Part shown: piece by piece, positions 38,050-53,358 of the stretch
Layout: each line of letters starts with the position of its first letter
How positions within the stretch are numbered: the stretch's first letter is position 1
Notes under the pieces: model-generated
The model's database searches: none
What the model was told of the DNA's origin: nothing
The model's input: the letters and a program-made list of their open reading frames with translations, nothing else
NCBI GenBank assembly: GCA_037379345.1
Contig: CM074521.1
Location: 27,366,704 to 27,430,703 of the forward strand
Source of the DNA: Perna viridis
Taxonomy: Eukaryota
DNA length: 64,000 nt
Reading direction: 5' to 3'
Translations under genes and position numbers: made by a program

Positions 38050-41000
38050 CTGTAACAGCACAGATGACATTCAAAGACCAGCTAATGATTTAAATTGTTC
38101 GGCCTAAACCTTTTTTTACAGATAAGTCCTTAATTGATCAATATCACATTGGGGTCCTAGACTAAACATTTTAAGCTTATTCCCTGAAATACTCCCTGCA
38201 TGACATTTTCTAAGATCAGTACTAAATACTAAAATCTCCAACACAACACTGTTGGTTTTACCTCTCCATGACCTTTCCTAAGTAATTCAATTGTAAAACT
38301 TCTGTGTTTAAAGGTGCCTTGAAAACGATACAGTACTGTTGTAAAGAGTGTTGTTCAATAATAAATGTTAAAAAGTAAACAAAGCTTTCCTGCCTGATAT
38401 CAATGAGTGTTAACAACCCGCCCTTCAAATCATAAATTCAAACAATGAGGTGTATACATAAGAATTTTAAATACCTAGTAATGATCAAACCAAACACAAA
38501 ACTGAGGAAGTGTACTTGTTCCTTGAGCAAAATACACTGAAAACTCATAGTAGAAATCAATCTCACCACCTCATCAAAATTCATACCATAATGGTCTATT
38601 TGTTGGTATTTTTATTCTTTTTTGTACTACAAAAGCATCTAAAGAAAGGCTCAAATTCCACATCAAAGTTCATAAAAGGCCTTTATTTAAGAGTTGTCTT
38701 GCTCTATTTTTATTGCTCATTTGTGGTGCAATTAAAGTCAGGTCCAATCTGGGCCATTAATGGATAAATATGCTGAAAAGGTTATCCTAAAAAAATCTAC
38801 TGAAACTCTACAGAAATTAATATTGATCACCCAATTTAAATCTATCAGAAAGTATAAACAGGGTGGAAAGACAGCTCATCTGAGGCAAAAAAAAGTAAAT
38901 GGGGAAAAAAAACCACATAATTGAAATTCAAATAGATTTTTTTTTTAAATTCCTCAGTTAATTAAAAAAAATACAGTTTTACATAAAACAGTCATTTATC
39001 AAACAAAAGGAAATTCAAAATAACTGTTAACTTCCTGAATTTTTACTTTGTTACATCTACATGTAAAACTAATTAATGTAAAATTTTCAGTAATAATCTT
39101 CAAAATTGTTCATAATTTTGAATACACATAAAGTTTCAGAGGAAACCTTCCAAAAAAAACATATTAAAACATACAAATCATCATGTAAAGCAAGACTTCA
39201 TAAATATTAATGTATAAATTACTATCCAAAATTAGCCTGACCTGGCTAGGAATATTAAATATATCAATGAAAGTGTATAATTACAGATAAATCCATGTAT
39301 ATAGCAATGATAATATATATTTTAAAATAAAAACTATGAGGTGATGATGAAGTCAAAATAAAACTACAGGTCTTGGGTAACTTTAAATTAATCGAGCAGT
39401 GTCAGTCGAAGATCAAACTTACCTTTAACAAGAAATATAGAAAAAATCCACCCTTGAATTAATTACAGAAATCCATCAATATTTCTTACTGGCAATGTTC
39501 ACTTCCTAAACAAAAACCATGTGGTCACACGAAAATGAAATTGACAACTTTCACAATCAGATGAACAATTGATGAATAGCACCTGTACTGACTAATAACA
39601 TCAGAAGTTTTCACCTGTAATTACAGGTAAATTCCCAGGTACTTACTTGTGTATTGGATGTCCCCTTGTCAGATATTAATGACTGCCAATCAATCATTTA
39701 GATGCAGTGGATTTAATAGCCATGAATGTCCTGACCAACATAAGGAAGGGGAAGTCACTCTGTTACGACAATGGTGTAACCTAAAACCTTGTTAACTTAA
39801 AAATACCCGAGGGTGTACAAGGGGCATTATAAATTTAAAGTCACTGTGACTTCCATAAAAAAGCATGAATTGTGGGCCTCCCTTATGATACAGATTAGCT
39901 TTACTAATTTTTTCTTTCACGCTTGACAAGCTTTTCCTTTTATATGCTTTATCAAATAAAGGAAAATTTCAAACTGTTTGCATAAACTTCAATTAGATGT
40001 ACAGGTAAACAATTTAAACCTTGTGATTAGACTGGAGAATTAATCTTCTTATTTTCCTCGCTACACGTACTTGATCTATCAGTTAAAGTGAGAAAGCATT
40101 TGAAAACTTCATTTGTTCATTAAAGAGAAGACTTCTCGACCACCAGGGGACATTTATACAAATTTTGACAACTTTAAGAGTTGACGATACTCAATTACTC
40201 TATGACCCTACCATTGTAGTCCATATAAGAATTTCCCCCGCTATTCTGCACCATTATATAATCATTTCAACTACGGTTTTAAAAGCCGATTAAATCTCCA
40301 CGTTAAGAAACAGCTCAACAAAAGGGATGTTATCGTAAAATAATTAAACTCAAGATACAGAGCCCAGTTATGGAAATGCTGTGGATCCAAGCAGAAAAGT
40401 AAAGTTAAATGCAGACATGGCGTGAAATGTTAAGAAATGAAAGGTTTGGGCGGGATGCATAGAGAAGAGATTTATACAAGTCAAAAATTGTCTCTTTAAG
40501 AAGATGTTGACTTTGTCAATATTTTTAACATTAATTACAGAGACCAATGAATCTATAAAATTTCAACAAAGTGAACTTTCATTGAAGACATTTTTCTCAT
40601 CCATATTAAAGGGACCTGTCATCTATTTGATCTGACTATTCAACCTTTGTATAATAGGTAGACTATCAAATTCATTTTTTTATAATAAGATTTTATAGAT
40701 CCATTCTTCTCATTTTTATCCAATTATAGTTTTGAGAATATGTCTTCATGTTGTACAAATCTACCTATTGCACAAAAAGGTCAAATTCATAATTACAAAT
40801 TCAAAACATTTTGTTATCCTTACATGTAAATATAACATAGTAGAGAAGGATTAAAATAGAGCTTTAGGCCTTGTTAAAATTTTTCAAGTGGAAAATTTAT
40901 CATTTCAATCTAATGTAATTATTAGAAAGTCTATGTTAGGACAAAATTAAATATTTTGTGTTTCTCTGGCTGTTTTGATTATTGTACTTCCTACATAGAT

Positions 41001-42243
41001 ATAATACATTTCTTTCAGATACATGTAGCTACAAAAAAGGGACATTAATGTGTTTTAGTTTATTTTATTTGTTTATTGTACACTTGTCTGGACAATCCCT
41101 AGACTAAACAGTTTTGATCCTGGATGTGTAAGAACATTTAAAAAAACTGTATTACATGGTATAATTTATACCATAAGTTTATTTTATCGGTAACAAATCT
41201 GCAGGCAGTTTTCATACTGAAATTTTTTAAAATAATTTAATTTTTAAAGTTACTAACTAAAATGTCTGATTATTCATTGAGACTCCCTTCCAATTTAGGT
41301 CTGTTAATATTTATCTGTTTATTTAAAAAAAATAAAAAAAATAAATAATAAAAAAAAAAAATTACTACTTAATGCATCAATTCAGTATCTAAAAAGCCTG
41401 AGAAAAAATATTGTTTGAATTCATTGAAACATGTGTAACACGTAGATTTCCGATCAAGCAGTTTAGGGTGGACATGTGAACCTCGCCCATTTTGATACAT
41501 TTCATAAGCACCCTCCCCTTTTCTGTCAAATTTGCTTGAAGAAAGATACTGATTGCATATTGTGCCTTCAACTATGTCTCTAATGAGCTAGTGCCCCCTT
41601 TTTACACCTGGCTTCCTTGCCTTTTAAAAAACTGCAAGGAACAATTATTTATTGAGCCTTGGATGGTGATACAAATCTAATATAAAAAATGAAAATAATA
41701 ACAAATATACTGTTTATATATTATAAACATATTGTAAAACCTGTTTAAATAGAACCAAGAATGAACCCTAATATGTCTACATCATGGTAAAGATTTGTTT
41801 TAACTGAATAAATTTGTCAGAAAATGTTTGGTTTAAACAGATTTCACTATAGAAAACAATCCATTTCTAGAATCTGTAGAATGATATTTCTTTTTACGAA
41901 TGAATCCTGTATGAAATAGTGAAATGGATCAAGTGCATCTATATCATTATACAGAAAAAAAAGTAATGCAAAATTGTGCATTTAACTGCATGTTACTGCA
42001 CATCAATAGTGCAATTTAGGCATAAAAGAGAATGCTTTCAGATCACGATTTTAAGACTTCATAAATTTTAACCTAAAATTACGTCTTTTTTTTGTATGTA
42101 TCATATTTATCGAGTAATTGGTGAAATGAATGATCTATGTATCCAATGTCAAATTTTTCAAACAAGCAGTCTATTTGTACACTTTACATATTTCATACAT
42201 ATAAGGCATTGAGGAGATTAATAAAATCCACAAACTAGCTTAC

Positions 42244-42357
42244 CTTTAACGCGTGATAGACGTAGCATAAACATTTAATCCAGAGTGTTAAATATCCCTT
42301 TGCATTTACAACCACATAAGGCTTGTACTGATGTATGCCGTCACAAAGTTTCTAATC
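42244..42357 (-). other. Candidate non-coding 5' UTR exon of ZC3H10 (114 nt)
   Basis: Branch-like TGACTCAC, a T-tract and CAG acceptor, and donor AAG|GTAAGC (42244/42243). Stops in all three frames. Confidence 0.6.
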
Positions 42358-45300
42358 CTGAAAAAAAAATTTGTGAGTCATTCAAAAAAGAATAAAAAAT
42401 AAGACATTTTACATTTTGTTGCAGTATTTCCATGGCATTACAGATTTGATACATTCTTGTACTTTCTACTATTCAATTTAATTTCTTTTTGGTGACAATA
42501 CATGAAAAAACTCTTAAAATCACAAGCACCATGTATTTTACGGAGTGGACTTGAGGCATGGAGTCTTGGAGTGGAGTTGTCAAGTAGTGTGTGCAGTTTG
42601 AGAGAAAATAAAAAGTGAAAAAAAATTATCACAAATTTTGAGTTACTATCAAAGAATAAAAGTGGTTCACTCAAAATTAATTCATTAAAAAACATATCTA
42701 CTAAAAGTTTTCACATCTATTTTCATACTTCAAATACTTTTAAAAATTAAACAAATTGAGCAGTTTTCAATAAATCAATGTGCTTAAAAAAGTAGCTTCA
42801 AACAGTTACTCCAATATAACCACTTTAACAACCCACACCAGAAGTCCATTCTATAAAATAAATTGCCAGAAAAGATTTCAAAACTTTTTTAAAAGCAGAA
42901 AACAAAAAGTTAATCCAAAATTTTAAAAAGTGCCTCCTTTTCAAACAATACTTTCTTTGTGACTGAGGATAAGTTAAAACAAAAAGCAACTTATAAAAGC
43001 CAATTCATAGCGTTATAAATTATATTATACACATGCTCCTGTTTTTCTGATTATTATAAAATCCGAAATTTATATAGGTCAAAAACAAAGTTCCTGATTT
43101 CACCGATTTCACAAATACATAAGTGAACATACATAAATGTATTATCCTAAGTAATGACAGGTATTATACCATGGAAGCCCAGTGTTGTTGACCTCAGGTG
43201 ACCCTAATGGGATTATCTTCAAATTTATACAGTGTTAACACACAGTGGGAAATCTAATCCATTAAATAAACCAAGATAATCACTTTAAACAAGTATTAAT
43301 TATCCTTAACAAACTTTTTAAACTGTTACCAATTATTTGCACAGGGATACAGTGGAAGTCAAACTGGTTCCTTACAACAATGAGCAAAGCAATGCTTCAT
43401 AAAAACACAGATGTTGCCAAATTAATGACTAAAAGTATAAAATCTACTTTCACCTGCTGTTCTGCAATAATCCAGCGTATATCATTAGGACCTTTTTACT
43501 GTGTATTTTCTTTATTGCCAAATGTTGCCAGTAATTTTTCACTTCTTTCTTCCAGGCAAGGTTAGAAAAACCTGAGTGTCATGTTAGAAATTTACGAGAC
43601 AAGCATTAATATAGATTTCAACCTACAGTATATAATATAAAAGTGCTGTTACATATTACTACAATTTACGACCAAATGTTGCTAGTGATTTTATTATATT
43701 TTTTTCCATCCCAGTCATGAAATTTCTAAATCTTTACAAAGTTTTCTTAATAAGTAATATATAAAAAGCATGAAGGGATGAAAGAGACTTATTTTGAGAT
43801 TTTTTAATTTTTGTGTTTTATCTTTTCAAGCATTGATGATGTAAGGTATTATTTATATTTAGTAGTTCACACCTACTTAAAATTTGTAAAGAAGATAAAT
43901 TTTTAAATGAAGTCAAAACAAAAAATTTTTTTTTATCCTTCATTAAAATCTTTTGGAAGTGGGATTAAAACATTTGTCAGGTTCAAAATTAACTTTCTTT
44001 TATGTTCTTAACAATCAAAATAATTTGGATCCAGTTTTTTCTTCGAAGTCCCACCACACATTAATAAAATCTCACTACTCATCAAAATGTCACAATGTTT
44101 ATTATTTCCCTGACTCGGATACCTGTGAAGTTTTTCTTCTAGTGCAAGACAAAATCTTGTATTAACAAATTATCAATATTTTCTTTCAAATCATGCATGG
44201 GAAAGAATTAATACCAGTGCTTCAGAAATTTATCAAAATTCATTATGGTCTCAAACTGTTACCAAATGTATCTTTGAAGTGCAAAGAATTTAACTGAACA
44301 GCATAACAAGAGAGATTGCTGTTCTAGAAACTTGCCAATTAAACATCAATTATCCACAGTTGTAAAACCTTTAAAGACATATATGGATGACGAAACATCA
44401 AAAGGATATAAATAAAGACTCAAAAACTTTCTCAATAAAGAAAACACTGAAAGGAAATGATACAAACCTGAACAAAAATAAAAGACACTTTTCCGTTACA
44501 TAATAAAATTTCAAAAACCTTACTTGTGAATTACTTCGTGGGAGATGATTAAATCCAAGCACGCTTCCGTATAACACTGCTGTTACCAAATATTACTGCT
44601 GTTTTCAGTGTATCTGATCAACGTTTCTAATCAGGCTTATAACCAAATACCCATTCTGATACAGTAATACAGCCAAATCAGATAGTTTTAACAAGAGCAC
44701 ATGATGGCAATCTCAAATGATCAAATTCATGTATCAGTTTTCTTTCTACAGGGATAATAATATCAACTTTAATGACAAATGATACATAGTAAGGGATTTC
44801 TTTCACTAATACCGCCTTGAGACAAATACGATTTTGGTATTCGTCAAATACTTTGATAATAGCTTTCTTCCATTTTCAATCAATTTGGGAAAGGACATTA
44901 ACATTTCAGTAAAGTGGCTCAATCAGATCACTGCTTTCTTTCCTTCAATGCGTGATAAGTACTACATAATTAATTCAGGGTTATGATGAATATAATTAAG
45001 TGACAGTCTTTGGAAAAATCAGGCAGCAGATAAAAACATGGTTCAGAATAACCCACTACTTGGACAGTGTAATTTGCACAATTACCTGTACTTAAACTGT
45101 TACTCATAGCAACAAAGCTTATAACTTATCAACTCTTATAAAGATAGTGAGATGTAATTCAGAGAGAGACAGACCTTTTCAGAATCCAACAAATATGGAG
45201 AATAATAGCACAGGCGGTAAAAACATTGGTGATTTTTCAATACAGATCAATTCAAAGAAAGGTCATTGTACCAACAATCAAAATGGGTCATGTCATTGCA

Positions 45301-46121
45301 AAACTTTTTAAGTTCACGGTTTCAGAGAAGTACTAACCAGTAGAATGAGTTCTCCTAAAACAATCTTCCTAAGACAAATATGACTTAAAGATCTAGTTTG
45401 ATACCTGACTTATATTTTCTCTGTTACAATCAATTAGTAAAAAAGATGCTTCAATCTCCTTCGTTTTTAATCAATCACCTGGAAAGATTGGGTGCTCAGA
45501 GAATCAGCTTTTTGATATTTTATTGGCAATAACAATCTATTATCTATCAACAAGAAAATATGTATTTATATCTAATTTCATCTGAGAGTGCTTGAAAGTG
45601 ACACTTGATTTGTTAAATGCATTACTTAGATTGCTTTTTCAAGAGTGATAGAGATTTTATCAAGGAAAGACAACATTGTATATTTTTCCTGGTAACTTTC
45701 ATAACTTTAGAATTCCTACCTTATCATGGATGTTAGAAATTGTAATTTAACTTAAGGAAGAGATACATATGGTCATTATCCAGGGTTAATCTCATTTATT
45801 TTCTTTATTTTTTATTTTGAACAAAATAAAATTTGTAAGAATATTTAAAAAAAGAAAAACATAATAATAATAAGAAATGATTTTAGGATGTGATTCACAA
45901 AATTAAAAGAAATTGGAGATAAATATAATAGAAAAATCAAGTTGCACATATGTTGATAAAATAACTAACAAGGCATGCCACATCTATTAATAACCACATA
46001 CCAAATTTGAAATCAATCTATCAATTGGGGGTTGAAATAAATGTGATCAAATGTTGATAAAATTTATAACTGAATGGTTTATTTTCAGGGCTGTAGAAGA
46101 GTGAGTGTATATTTCACGAAT

Positions 46122-46486
46122 AAGCAACATTACCAGAGGGACTGATGCACAGACAAGCACCATTACCAGAGGCACAGACGCACTGACAAGCAACATTACC
46201 AGAGGCACAGACGCACAAACAAGTAACACTACCAGAGGCACAGACAAGCAACATTACCAGAGGCACAGATGCACAGACAAACAACATTACCAGAGGCACA
46301 GACGAACAGAGAAGCAACATTACCAGACGCACAGACGAGCAACATTACCAGAGGCACAGACAAGCAACTTTACCAGAGGCACAGACAGCAACATTACCAG
46401 AGGCACAGACAGCAACATGACCAGAAGCACAGACATGTAACATTACCAGTGGCACAGACAAGCAACATTACCAGAGGCACAGGCAA
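46122..46486. repeat. Variable-unit minisatellite (AGCAACATTACCAGAGGCACAGAC core, 21-33 bp units)
   Basis: Directly visible; it accounts for the four repetitive ORFs at 46047-46493. Confidence 0.95.
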
Positions 46487-49027
46487 GGGATAATCAGGAC
46501 AAAACAATGCAAAGAACAAACCACATGAACCACACTTGGTGTGAACTAAGCTTCTCATGAAACAGGTCATGCTTCTTGGAAGTCACCAGCCATGCTTCTT
46601 ATGAACATCCAAGATGAATGTCTGTGAGATTATTCTCCTTATCATTCAACAATAAGATTATAATTAACAGTATCATGGTTGTTAGATTGAATTGTATATG
46701 ATAGCCAGGGCTGTTATATTATCAATCAAATTTGTGTATTTTTTGTTGTATTTTTTTTGTCACATCAACCTTTTATCTTGCAATAAAGATATTACATAGC
46801 ATTTTTTTCTCTAAAGTACTTCAAGGAGACACTGAGTAGATCATAATACATTATTTAAATTGCTAAAACATGACAGGTCTGAGAGGGGAACACACGTCTA
46901 TCATAACTATATAATACTACTTAATCATGATATATTTAATGGCAAAATGTACTTCATATCTCTAAGAAAAAATATGAAATGAATAATGTTCAATTTCATT
47001 TTTATGGAAAATAATTGAAAAATGTCAAAATATGGAGTAAGAAGAACTTTCTGTGTAACACAAAATTAGATGGGTCATCATTATTTCCTTGATCTGATCA
47101 GAATTAGGTTGAAATATAAGAGGAGTTGATTTCAAAAAGAATATTAATATCATACACTAGTACCCGGTGGGTATATTCAATCAAGGTTTATATATATGAC
47201 CCTTTAGCGCTAGATATTGGATAGTCGATAACGTGTGGAGCATGTTTACTATACACTACTGCAAGGAGAATTATTTTGTTCTACCCAGGCCTCTCCTTAT
47301 GTAATTGTATATTGAGCATGCTCATCGACTTTACATGAAAGGGTTTATACAAAGTGGAAAAACTAATAAGATTTGTAGGCTTGAGAGCAATAATTGAAAC
47401 AAAAGAATTAAAGTTTCCAAGGGACATAACTCACATAATTAGCATATATTCATCTATTTTCAAATGCCATAATCTGTTATCAACATCCATGGGGAAGTGT
47501 GGGTGTGATAGTATTTATGAAACAAATAATGAAGAAGTTGAGTTTTCAAGGCAGACAACTTTCATATTAACTATTCAAACTTATTTTCAAAGCTCATGTT
47601 CAGCAACTTTTGTCAGATTTTTTTACTTTTCTGGTTTAATCCATTTAAAAAAATAAATAATTTTTGCCCAGTGACCCTACCTTTCTTCTCATACTTTCAT
47701 TATAAACATCTTAAATTATTATTTGAGAAGTATTTATATAATCTTAGTTATTTCTTTGGGGTTTTTAACAGATAAAAACCTATGGGAAATCAAAAGAAAT
47801 CTTTCATACATCTGAAGAAAGAGCACACTGACCCATCAACTTTTTCTACTATATTATTCTAGCATGAAAGGTCTTTAAAGTTTTCACAATACTTTTAAAT
47901 CATTTTCATTCCTAAACAAAGTAGCCAACATGCTTAAGGTTACAATTGTGTTAAAACATATTCTAACAGGGAAGAGTATCTATCACTCACGTAAATTCTC
48001 AGTGCAATAATATTTGTCAAAATGCAATATAGGTTGGTGCTAATCAGCTGCACTGTAATAAATATAAGTTAATAATAGAGTAGACAGTCAAATGTAAGCA
48101 TAGCCAATGGAATACTGTAAAATCTAGACTTGATGGCATGGGTGGATACTAGATTCTTTTTTAGTTTGGTTTGTTTCCATAGTTTTTTGGGGAGGGGGGT
48201 GTAAACAGAATTAGAAGGGGAACAAAGCTTGCAAATAATATTTTTGGAAGCAGATTCGTGCAAAATTAAGATTTCATGCAAACATATTTTTTTTTGGGGG
48301 TGGGGGGTTGATGGTGGTAAACAATAGGTCTGCCTCCTCTCAATCTACTCCTGAATGGCATAATCAGAATTGAATTTTCTTAGGGGTGCAATTCCAAATA
48401 CATTATGTAATGGTGATAAAAGTCTGCAGTTTCAAAGAAAAGTTTTAATTGAGGTCTAAGTCAATATACATGATCTGAAGGGGAGGAAGTCTGAAGCTTC
48501 AAAGAATTTTTTTTAAAAGAGGTGTTATTTAAAATACATGATCTAAAGAGGTTGTAAATCTAATGTTCAAAAAAAATTCCTAAGATTTAGTATATTTCTC
48601 TGTACTTAAAATCTACAGGCTGTGAAATCAGTAAAAATTCCTACGTCCCGAAAGATGAGGCATTAAGTTCCTGAATGATTTTCTCTAATAACTTCTTAAC
48701 ATTATATCTTTTAGCAGAAATAAGGATTCAGCCTTCAAAGTCACAGATATCTGCCTTTTTGCCAAAATGATGACATTTAAAGCATGATCTCCATTTCTTC
48801 GTGACGCCAACTCCATTATACAGCTACAGGTTAATCCCCAGTACTAAACCATCAAACAGAGAAATAGCTTATCAAAATCTCCTGAACTTTGACTTTACAT
48901 TAGAATGATTAGCTTTAAGGCTCCATGGGACTTGAGCTTTAAATGTATTCCTCAGCAGCATTAACTAAATATCTTATCTTACTTAGATACCCCTACACTC
49001 AAACTTTTGAAGTAAAAAAGAACAGTT

Positions 49028-49452
49028 TCTAGAAATACGGTGAGCAAGCTCACAAAGAAAATACCCCGTTCAAATGGACTTAAATGTAATATGCTTATTG
49101 AATTATCTCCCTTTGGAGTCATCCATCAGAAATTATGTTCCTTCATGCACATCTACATATCATGCCCAACCTTAAAAAAAAATTTCATTAAAACCTCTTG
49201 AGCAGTCTAAGAGGAGTTGGGCTTCAAGGTTTTAACTTGTTAAACCCTTAATTTGGATTATCTCCCTTTGGAGTCTGCCAACAGCAATCATATTCCTTCA
49301 TGAACATTTACATATGATACCCAACCTTTCTATAAATATCATAAAAAATCCCTTCAGTGTCGTTGGGCTTACAAGAATTTTGGACAGATGGAAAAACGGC
49401 ATGACAAGGAGATTGCTATATACCCCCAAACTTTGTTTGATGGGGGTTTAAT
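49028..49452. mobile_element. HINE-like element with two ~155-bp internal tandem units
   Basis: Left palindrome GTGAGCAAGCTCAC, TTATCTCCCTTTGGAGTC at ~49103 and ~49258, a GGACAGATGG tract and terminal hairpin ACCCCCAAACTTTGTTTGATGGGGGT. Confidence 0.65.
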
Positions 49453-52400
49453 GAACATATTGCTATATAACTGGGCTTGCTTAAAGTAAACACAAGTGTA
49501 TCAAAATTTGAAAAGACTTGATAAAGACACTTCTTAAATATCATCCAGAAACCATGATACTATAAATGGGCAGAATAAGACACAAGGGCAAGTATCCCTT
49601 TTCAGGAGATATCTTTCTGTTCCTTCCTTACCATAGCCATATCATATTAATACCTTCTTGGAAAAGTTCTAAATAGTATGGAAATATGTCTTAACAGAAT
49701 TTCTTTGTAAGGTCAAGTTGTTTTTAGGCAGGTGTTTGTTTTGCACAGGTTCAAAATGAACAGAACTGGAAATAGGAAGCTATAAATTTCAGGTTTGGGT
49801 TTATTCAAAATATGTTTTTTTGTAGAAGGATGATTACTGATTGACTGATTGTGGTTTAAAATTCTATAGCAGATATTTCATGTATTTCAGGACAAGAATG
49901 TTCTATCAAACAAACAGGTCCTTCTATTTACTAGTATGATATGAGCCAGATTTTTATTGTGCTAGCTAACAGAAACAACTTCCCACAGGCAACCAGTCAT
50001 CGCTCTACCTCTGATATGCCATATGATTGGTGGAGAAGCAGCAAGCCCGGACCAACTCTTAGGTTTTCCGTCTCACCACATCTGGGATCTACCCCCCCCC
50101 CTTCCCTTAAACTACCACCATGAGAACACTATTACAAAACCATCAAGGCTGCTACAATGACAAAGAGAATCAAATGTGGTATCAATATTTATCAATATAA
50201 CTTATGCAGTGTTGCAGGTGTTGTGTGAACACACTTGAAAATTGATAAGATACTTGGCTTCCAGTAGAGTTAAAAAAAATATCATATTTTCTAATATAAC
50301 TTACAAGTTATCAAAAATACATTTTCAATACAAAGATATTAGCTATATTGGCTTTTTTAAACTCATTCATCTTTGAAGTAGTAGAAAAATATTGACTTTT
50401 ATTATAAAAATATTTACAATACCTACCATATGTTTTATCATTCTCAACTTCACAGTAGAAGAAAATATCAGTGTTTTTACTACAGTCCTGACTTTACCAG
50501 GAACTGGGAAGTTGAAATTGGCAAAATCAGAAATAAATACACAAAGAAACAAGACCAATACCATCATATCTTTGTCAGAGCATAAATATCTTTAACATGC
50601 ACATTAACACTAAGCAAATAAAAAAAAATACAGTGTGGGTGTTACTGAATACTGAAAAACTACAGTGTGGGTTTTTGCTGAACATGCTGAAAATGTAGAA
50701 GAAAAATAATCAAATTTCTTTATAATATAAGATGTTCATCTTCAAGATGTATATAAACACTGGGTAAAGTTTAAATTATATTAGTTGAAATATTTTTAGC
50801 TACAGATAACACAAAGCAGGTACCCCAGAGTACAAGGGCTATTACACCTGCTTTTACCATTAGTAATGCAAGTAAACAAGCAGAAATCCACTAAATATAT
50901 ATATAAAAAAAACACATCACTGTTACTGGAGTACAATGATTTGACAACAAGGTCAATAGTTATAGCTTACCAAAAGCTGGTTTCTCAACTCTCTTTTAAA
51001 TGTTTCATGAAACTTTGAGTTCTCACAATAAAAACAAATAAATTGCATATAGGCACAACCTCAACAGAATACCCAAATTTTGGGGTTTTTGAGCCTTATC
51101 ATCAGACCACACCTCCTTATGCAGAAAACAGTAAACATAGATAACCCACACCTAATGAACCATACAACTAATTTATAAAGTTAAGAGGATTATAGGTAGA
51201 TAAAAGACATGGCTATATAATCAAGCTTTGATGAAAACACAGGGAGGGTGGATGATTACCTCAATCTACAGTCTTAATGAGATAATACTGAGGATAAATT
51301 GGCACACTGTGAAACCCTGGTAGATGCTACAGAATGGCCCAGTGAAATGTTAAATCACAAGAGCAAGTCATTGTATCTACCCAGAAAGTGGCATATACAG
51401 GGGATCCAACCCCTACAACCCACGATTTCGGAATTTTTTTTTCATTTAGTACAAAAATGAGAAACTAATAGCCAAGAACTTTCAAAATTTCTGTTCACTG
51501 AATAATGAAATAGCTCAGTCTGTAAGTTCTTTAGAATTTTCATGGAAAATAAAATACCTTCTTTGGAATGCCATGGAAATTTTTTATGTGTATGCTTTAA
51601 TTAAATACTTTTCAGTATAACAACACTTAACCAGTCTGCACCCTTAACCACTATTCTTTCATTGCCAAATTCATGAGAAGTGGTAAGTAATAGTTCAACT
51701 ATGAACGGCATATTTAGTAAATGGTTGAAAGGTCTCTAGCAATCTGGCTAGAAACTAAATCACATGCTGATTTTCACTTCCTACATTAAAATACCACGAT
51801 TCACGATGCAGTTAGTTGAAGATTATGCAGGAAAGGTATATGTATAGGTGGTCCATATCTGATCTTTGATGTTAAGAATCATAATTAACCATCATTTCAA
51901 GAACCAATTATATGTACCATCTTAAACGAAATTTTCAAATATTATGTCATTATGCATGAAGCTGTACAAGATGGAAATCATTCTGTGAACTTGGCTTACA
52001 TGTAGGCGGAACAGAATCCTCCCTTTTTAAATTAACATTTGGAAGCCATGGGCAGATGGATAAACAGATGGACAGACAGACAACTTTTGGGGGCATCACA
52101 TAATACAAATCTTCCACTTATTTTTTTTTTTTGTAAGATTCTTAATTTTTCATTATTTTTTTAGGGTGGGTTAACAAGTATGCAACATATGACTTTACAA
52201 CCAGGATAAATGTCAATTTTAGCATTCAATATTGTATTATATATGTATTATATACGTATTATACTCTATAATTAATAAGGTATTCAATATTACAAGTTAT
52301 TCAATCAAGATGACACCATTAATCTATGTTATTGTTTGTCTTTGATGTTATATTAAGTCGTTTTAACTTATAACTTCAAGAATATAATATAACATTTTTC

Positions 52401-53258
52401 AAAAATTCAAAATTCAAATTGTATGTCCACTAATTTTTATTTCATGATTATATCAAAGATGTGAATAGCCAGATTTTTTTAAACCTGAATAACTACTGTG
52501 ATACTCTCTAGAGCCCATTTTGAGGAAAAGCAGTTGGGGAAGTTTTGAACTATGATGTCATGAAATCATGTCAGACATTTCTTCAAGGGGATGTGATGTA
52601 GACTTAGCACAGCTGACAGACAGACAGACACCAAACAGACACATACCTGTCAATTAAAATGGATGGTTTCATACAATACCTCCCAACTACAGAGTATAAA
52701 GATAGTCCATCAATGTAACATTAGGTGACACCCAGCCATGTAATTGTGAAAAAAGGAGGAAAATGTTCAAAATGGCTCAAAAACTACAGGTTGGATTGCT
52801 GAAAATGAACTAAATCTGTATATTATAAAACTGTGCAACATGAAAAAAAATCATTGATTCATTTTCAATTATCATCTGGAACCATCAGGGAATGGCCAGA
52901 AACTAAACATATTTTGCCACTTTGTGTGGCAGAATACATAAATAAAAAATTCCACAGAATATAGTATGATCCTGAGGGAGTTAGCTCCAGTGCATAGATC
53001 TGTGGAAAATTTAAATATTCACTTAAAATGACAAGAAAGCAATGATATCAACCAAACCACTACTTTGAATATTACCTAATATATCTCTTATCTTCCAATA
53101 TCGAAGTCAGCATTATTTAATGTGCAAATATGTTAGAATAAACAATATTCCCCCATTATAAAAAAGAGCTCCTATAGTGACACAACCACTATTAACATTT
53201 TTATATATCCAAGAGACATGAGTGAAACAAACAGACCGTTTCAACAAAATTTTCTTAC

Positions 53259-53358
53259 CTGATTTTCAAGACAACCTGATAGTTACAATATTCCGACAGA
53301 TCGCTAAATATCTCACTATATGTTTAGTTTTCCTCCCCTATTATGTAAACATATACCG
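53259..53358 (-). other. Candidate non-coding 5' UTR exon (about 100 nt)
   Basis: Strong donor CAG|GTAAGA (53259/53258). Acceptor ttactttttAG (exon start 53358) or the alternative tgcttccctAG near 53383. Confidence 0.35.

Noticed and set aside
46089-46100. 12-nt + strand microexon (ttttcAG|GGCTGTAGAAGA|GTGAGT)
   Set aside because: No + strand host gene is evident here, and it is plausible by chance in 64 kb.
46047-46493. Repetitive ORFs on both strands
   Set aside because: Minisatellite artefacts.
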